Assembly (NCBI GenBank): GCA_038209095.1
Contig: JBBQYB010000001.1
Span: 10,502-74,501 of the forward strand
Length of the DNA stretch: 64,000 nucleotides
Reading direction: 5' to 3'
From: Rhodobacterales bacterium
GTDB taxonomy: Bacteria; Pseudomonadota; Alphaproteobacteria; Rhodobacterales; Rhodobacteraceae
Positions 62,325-64,000 of this stretch are shown piece after piece. A model generated the notes under the pieces. It saw only the letters and a list, made by a program, of their open reading frames with translations. It ran no database searches and had not been told where the DNA came from. The translations under genes and the position numbers were made by a program. Position 1 is the stretch's first letter. Every line of letters starts with the position of its first letter.

Positions 62325-63512
62325 GTGTCGCTGAGCCCCGACGCCCTCGTGGTGGGTGCGGGGCCCGCGGGCCTTGCCGCAGCGGAGGTGCTGGCGGGGT
62401 CAGGGGCGCGGGTCCTGGTCGCGGAGGCAAAGCCCTCCATCGGGCGCAAGTTCCTCATGGCCGGCAAGTCCGGTCTCAATCTGACAAAGGACGAACCTTC
62501 CGAAGCATTTGCCGCAGCCTATACCGGCGGGGCCGACTGGCTGGCCCCGATCGTCGCGGCGTTCGGACCCGGCGAGGTCTCGGCCTGGGCCCGCGGCCTC
62601 GGGATCGACGTCTTCGCGGGAAGCTCCGGCCGGGTGTTTCCCACGGGCATGAAGGCCTCGCCGCTTCTGCGCGCCTGGGCTGGCCGGCTCAGGGAGGACA
62701 AGGTCGAGATCCGCACCAACTGGCGATGGCGCGCCTGGGACAGGGGTGCGGCCCTCTTCGACACGCCGGACGGTGCCCTGCAAATCGCTGCGCGCACGAC
62801 CGTTCTGGCGCTCGGCGGCGGATCCTGGGCCCGGCTGGGGTCCGACGGGGCGTGGAGGGCGATCCTCGAGGCCGAGGGCATTTCCACCGTCCCGTTTCGC
62901 CCGTCAAATGTGGGGTTCAGGGTCGCCTGGAGCCCCGTGATGGCCCAGCATTTCGGCAGTCCGGTCAAGCCCGTGCGCCTCCTGGCCGGAGAATCTTCGG
63001 TGAGCGCGGAATTTGTCGTCACCGCCCGCGGGGTCGAAGGCGGCGGCATCTATGCGCTCGCCCATCTGTTGCGCGACGGCATTCCGCTGATCCTCGATCT
63101 CGTGCCGGATCGCACCGAAGCCGAGGTCGCGGCGCGCCTCGGGCGGCCCCGGGGTGGTGACACGCTCTCGAACCACCTGCGCAAGACCCTGCGTCTGAGC
63201 CCGGTCAAGCTCGCCCTGCTGCGCGAGGCAGCCCAGGAGGCGCTGGCATCCGAGAAGACCACAGCGCGCGTGCTCAAGGCGCTGCCGCTCCGGCTCGAAG
63301 GGCCGCTGCCGCTGGACGAGGCGATCTCCACCGCGGGTGGCCTGGCCCGCCACATGCTCGACGACGGCCTGATGCTCCGCGCCCGTCCGGGCGTCTTCGC
63401 GGCCGGCGAGATGCTCGACTGGGATGCGCCCACCGGCGGATACCTCCTGACGGCCTGTCTCGCGACGGGCAGATGGGCCGGCCGATCGGCTGCGGCCTGG
63501 CTCGCGCGTTGA
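62325..63512 (+). CDS. HI0933/BaiN-like NAD(P)/FAD-dependent oxidoreductase
   Basis: VVGAGPAG, RKFLMAGKSGLNLT, AISTAGG, GEMLDWDAPTGGYLLTAC; start placed at GTG 62325. Confidence 0.9.
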   Translation: MSLSPDALVVGAGPAGLAAAEVLAGSGARVLVAEAKPSIGRKFLMAGKSGLNLTKDEPSEAFAAAYTGGADWLAPIVAAFGPGEVSAWARGLGIDVFAGSSGRVFPTGMKASPLLRAWAGRLREDKVEIRTNWRWRAWDRGAALFDTPDGALQIAARTTVLALGGGSWARLGSDGAWRAILEAEGISTVPFRPSNVGFRVAWSPVMAQHFGSPVKPVRLLAGESSVSAEFVVTARGVEGGGIYALAHLLRDGIPLILDLVPDRTEAEVAARLGRPRGGDTLSNHLRKTLRLSPVKLALLREAAQEALASEKTTARVLKALPLRLEGPLPLDEAISTAGGLARHMLDDGLMLRARPGVFAAGEMLDWDAPTGGYLLTACLATGRWAGRSAAAWLAR

Positions 63513-63567
63513 CAGCGCTGGTGCAGGGCGCGAGTGTCAGGCCCGGCACCCCTTGGGAACGGCATGC

Positions 63568-64000
63568 ATGAGCGACGACCCCTACGCGGCCCTGGGCGTC
63601 CCGAAGACCGCCAGCGCTGACGACATCAAGCGCGCCTACAAGCGCATCGCACGCGACAGCCACCCGGACCTCAACCCGGGCGATCCGAAGGCGGAGGCAC
63701 GCTTCAAGGCGGCCTCGGGGGCGTATGACCTGCTCAAGGACCAAGCGAAACGCGCGCGGTTCGACAAGGGCGAGATCGACGCGAGCGGGCAGGAGCGGCC
63801 GGACCGGCGCTACTACCGCGATTATGCCGAAGGGCCCGGGACCGCCTACACCACCTCGCGCGGCTACGAGGACATCGACCTTTCAGGCGTCTTCGACGAC
63901 CTCTTCGGCGCGCGCGGCGGCAGAGCCGGCGACGGCTTCTCCATGCGAGGACAGGATTTGCAGTTCACCCTCGAGATCGACTTTCTCGACGCGATCTTCG
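63568..64000 (+). CDS. DnaJ/CbpA family J-domain protein (partial, runs off the right edge)
   Basis: Hand translation: MSDDPYAALGVPKTASADDIKRAYKRIARDSHPDLNPGD (HPD motif), then a G/F-rich region and RGQDLQFTLEIDFLDA. Confidence 0.92.
   Translation, partial: MSDDPYAALGVPKTASADDIKRAYKRIARDSHPDLNPGDPKAEARFKAASGAYDLLKDQAKRARFDKGEIDASGQERPDRRYYRDYAEGPGTAYTTSRGYEDIDLSGVFDDLFGARGGRAGDGFSMRGQDLQFTLEIDFLDAIF

Overview
High-GC alphaproteobacterial chromosome segment, most consistent with a phototrophic Rhodobacterales member. 1-16.4 kb holds one arm of a photosynthesis gene cluster: puhE(partial)-acsF-bciE-puhC-puhB-puhA-lhaA-bchM-L-H-B-N-F on the minus strand and divergent ppaA/aerR-ppsR, with two canonical PpsR palindromes between them. 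The cluster stops abruptly after ppsR. 16.4-25 kb: a small orphan ORF behind a perfect CtrA box, pntAB, a BASS transporter/DadA-like pair, wrbA, Lrp/LysE and a DMT. 25-30.4 kb: a purine-catabolism locus (uraH; puuE-uraD fusion, GST, 8-oxoguanine-deaminase-like, allE, allA). 30.4-32.4 kb: a junction region with a tiny Cys-rich pentapeptide-like ORF, a malyl-CoA-lyase-like gene and an AT-rich element with a 16-bp palindrome. Sampled plus-strand GC skew flips from C-rich to G-rich here. 32.4-64 kb is mostly core genes (NDUFA9-like, uppP, gltDB, mtgA, fzlA, queG, rlmN, leuC, cysQ-like, pmbA, cbpA/dnaJ-like). It also contains a compact envelope module: yjbH-yjbF, a 67-aa GfcA/YjbE-like protein with a highly structured 3' UTR, and LDT-CAP-LDT, followed by a diguanylate cyclase lacking an I-site. 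An RpoE(ECF11)-like sigma factor has no adjacent chrR. No rRNA, tRNA, CRISPR array, transposase or integrase was recognised. All family assignments come from motif recognition and remembered family features, not database searches.
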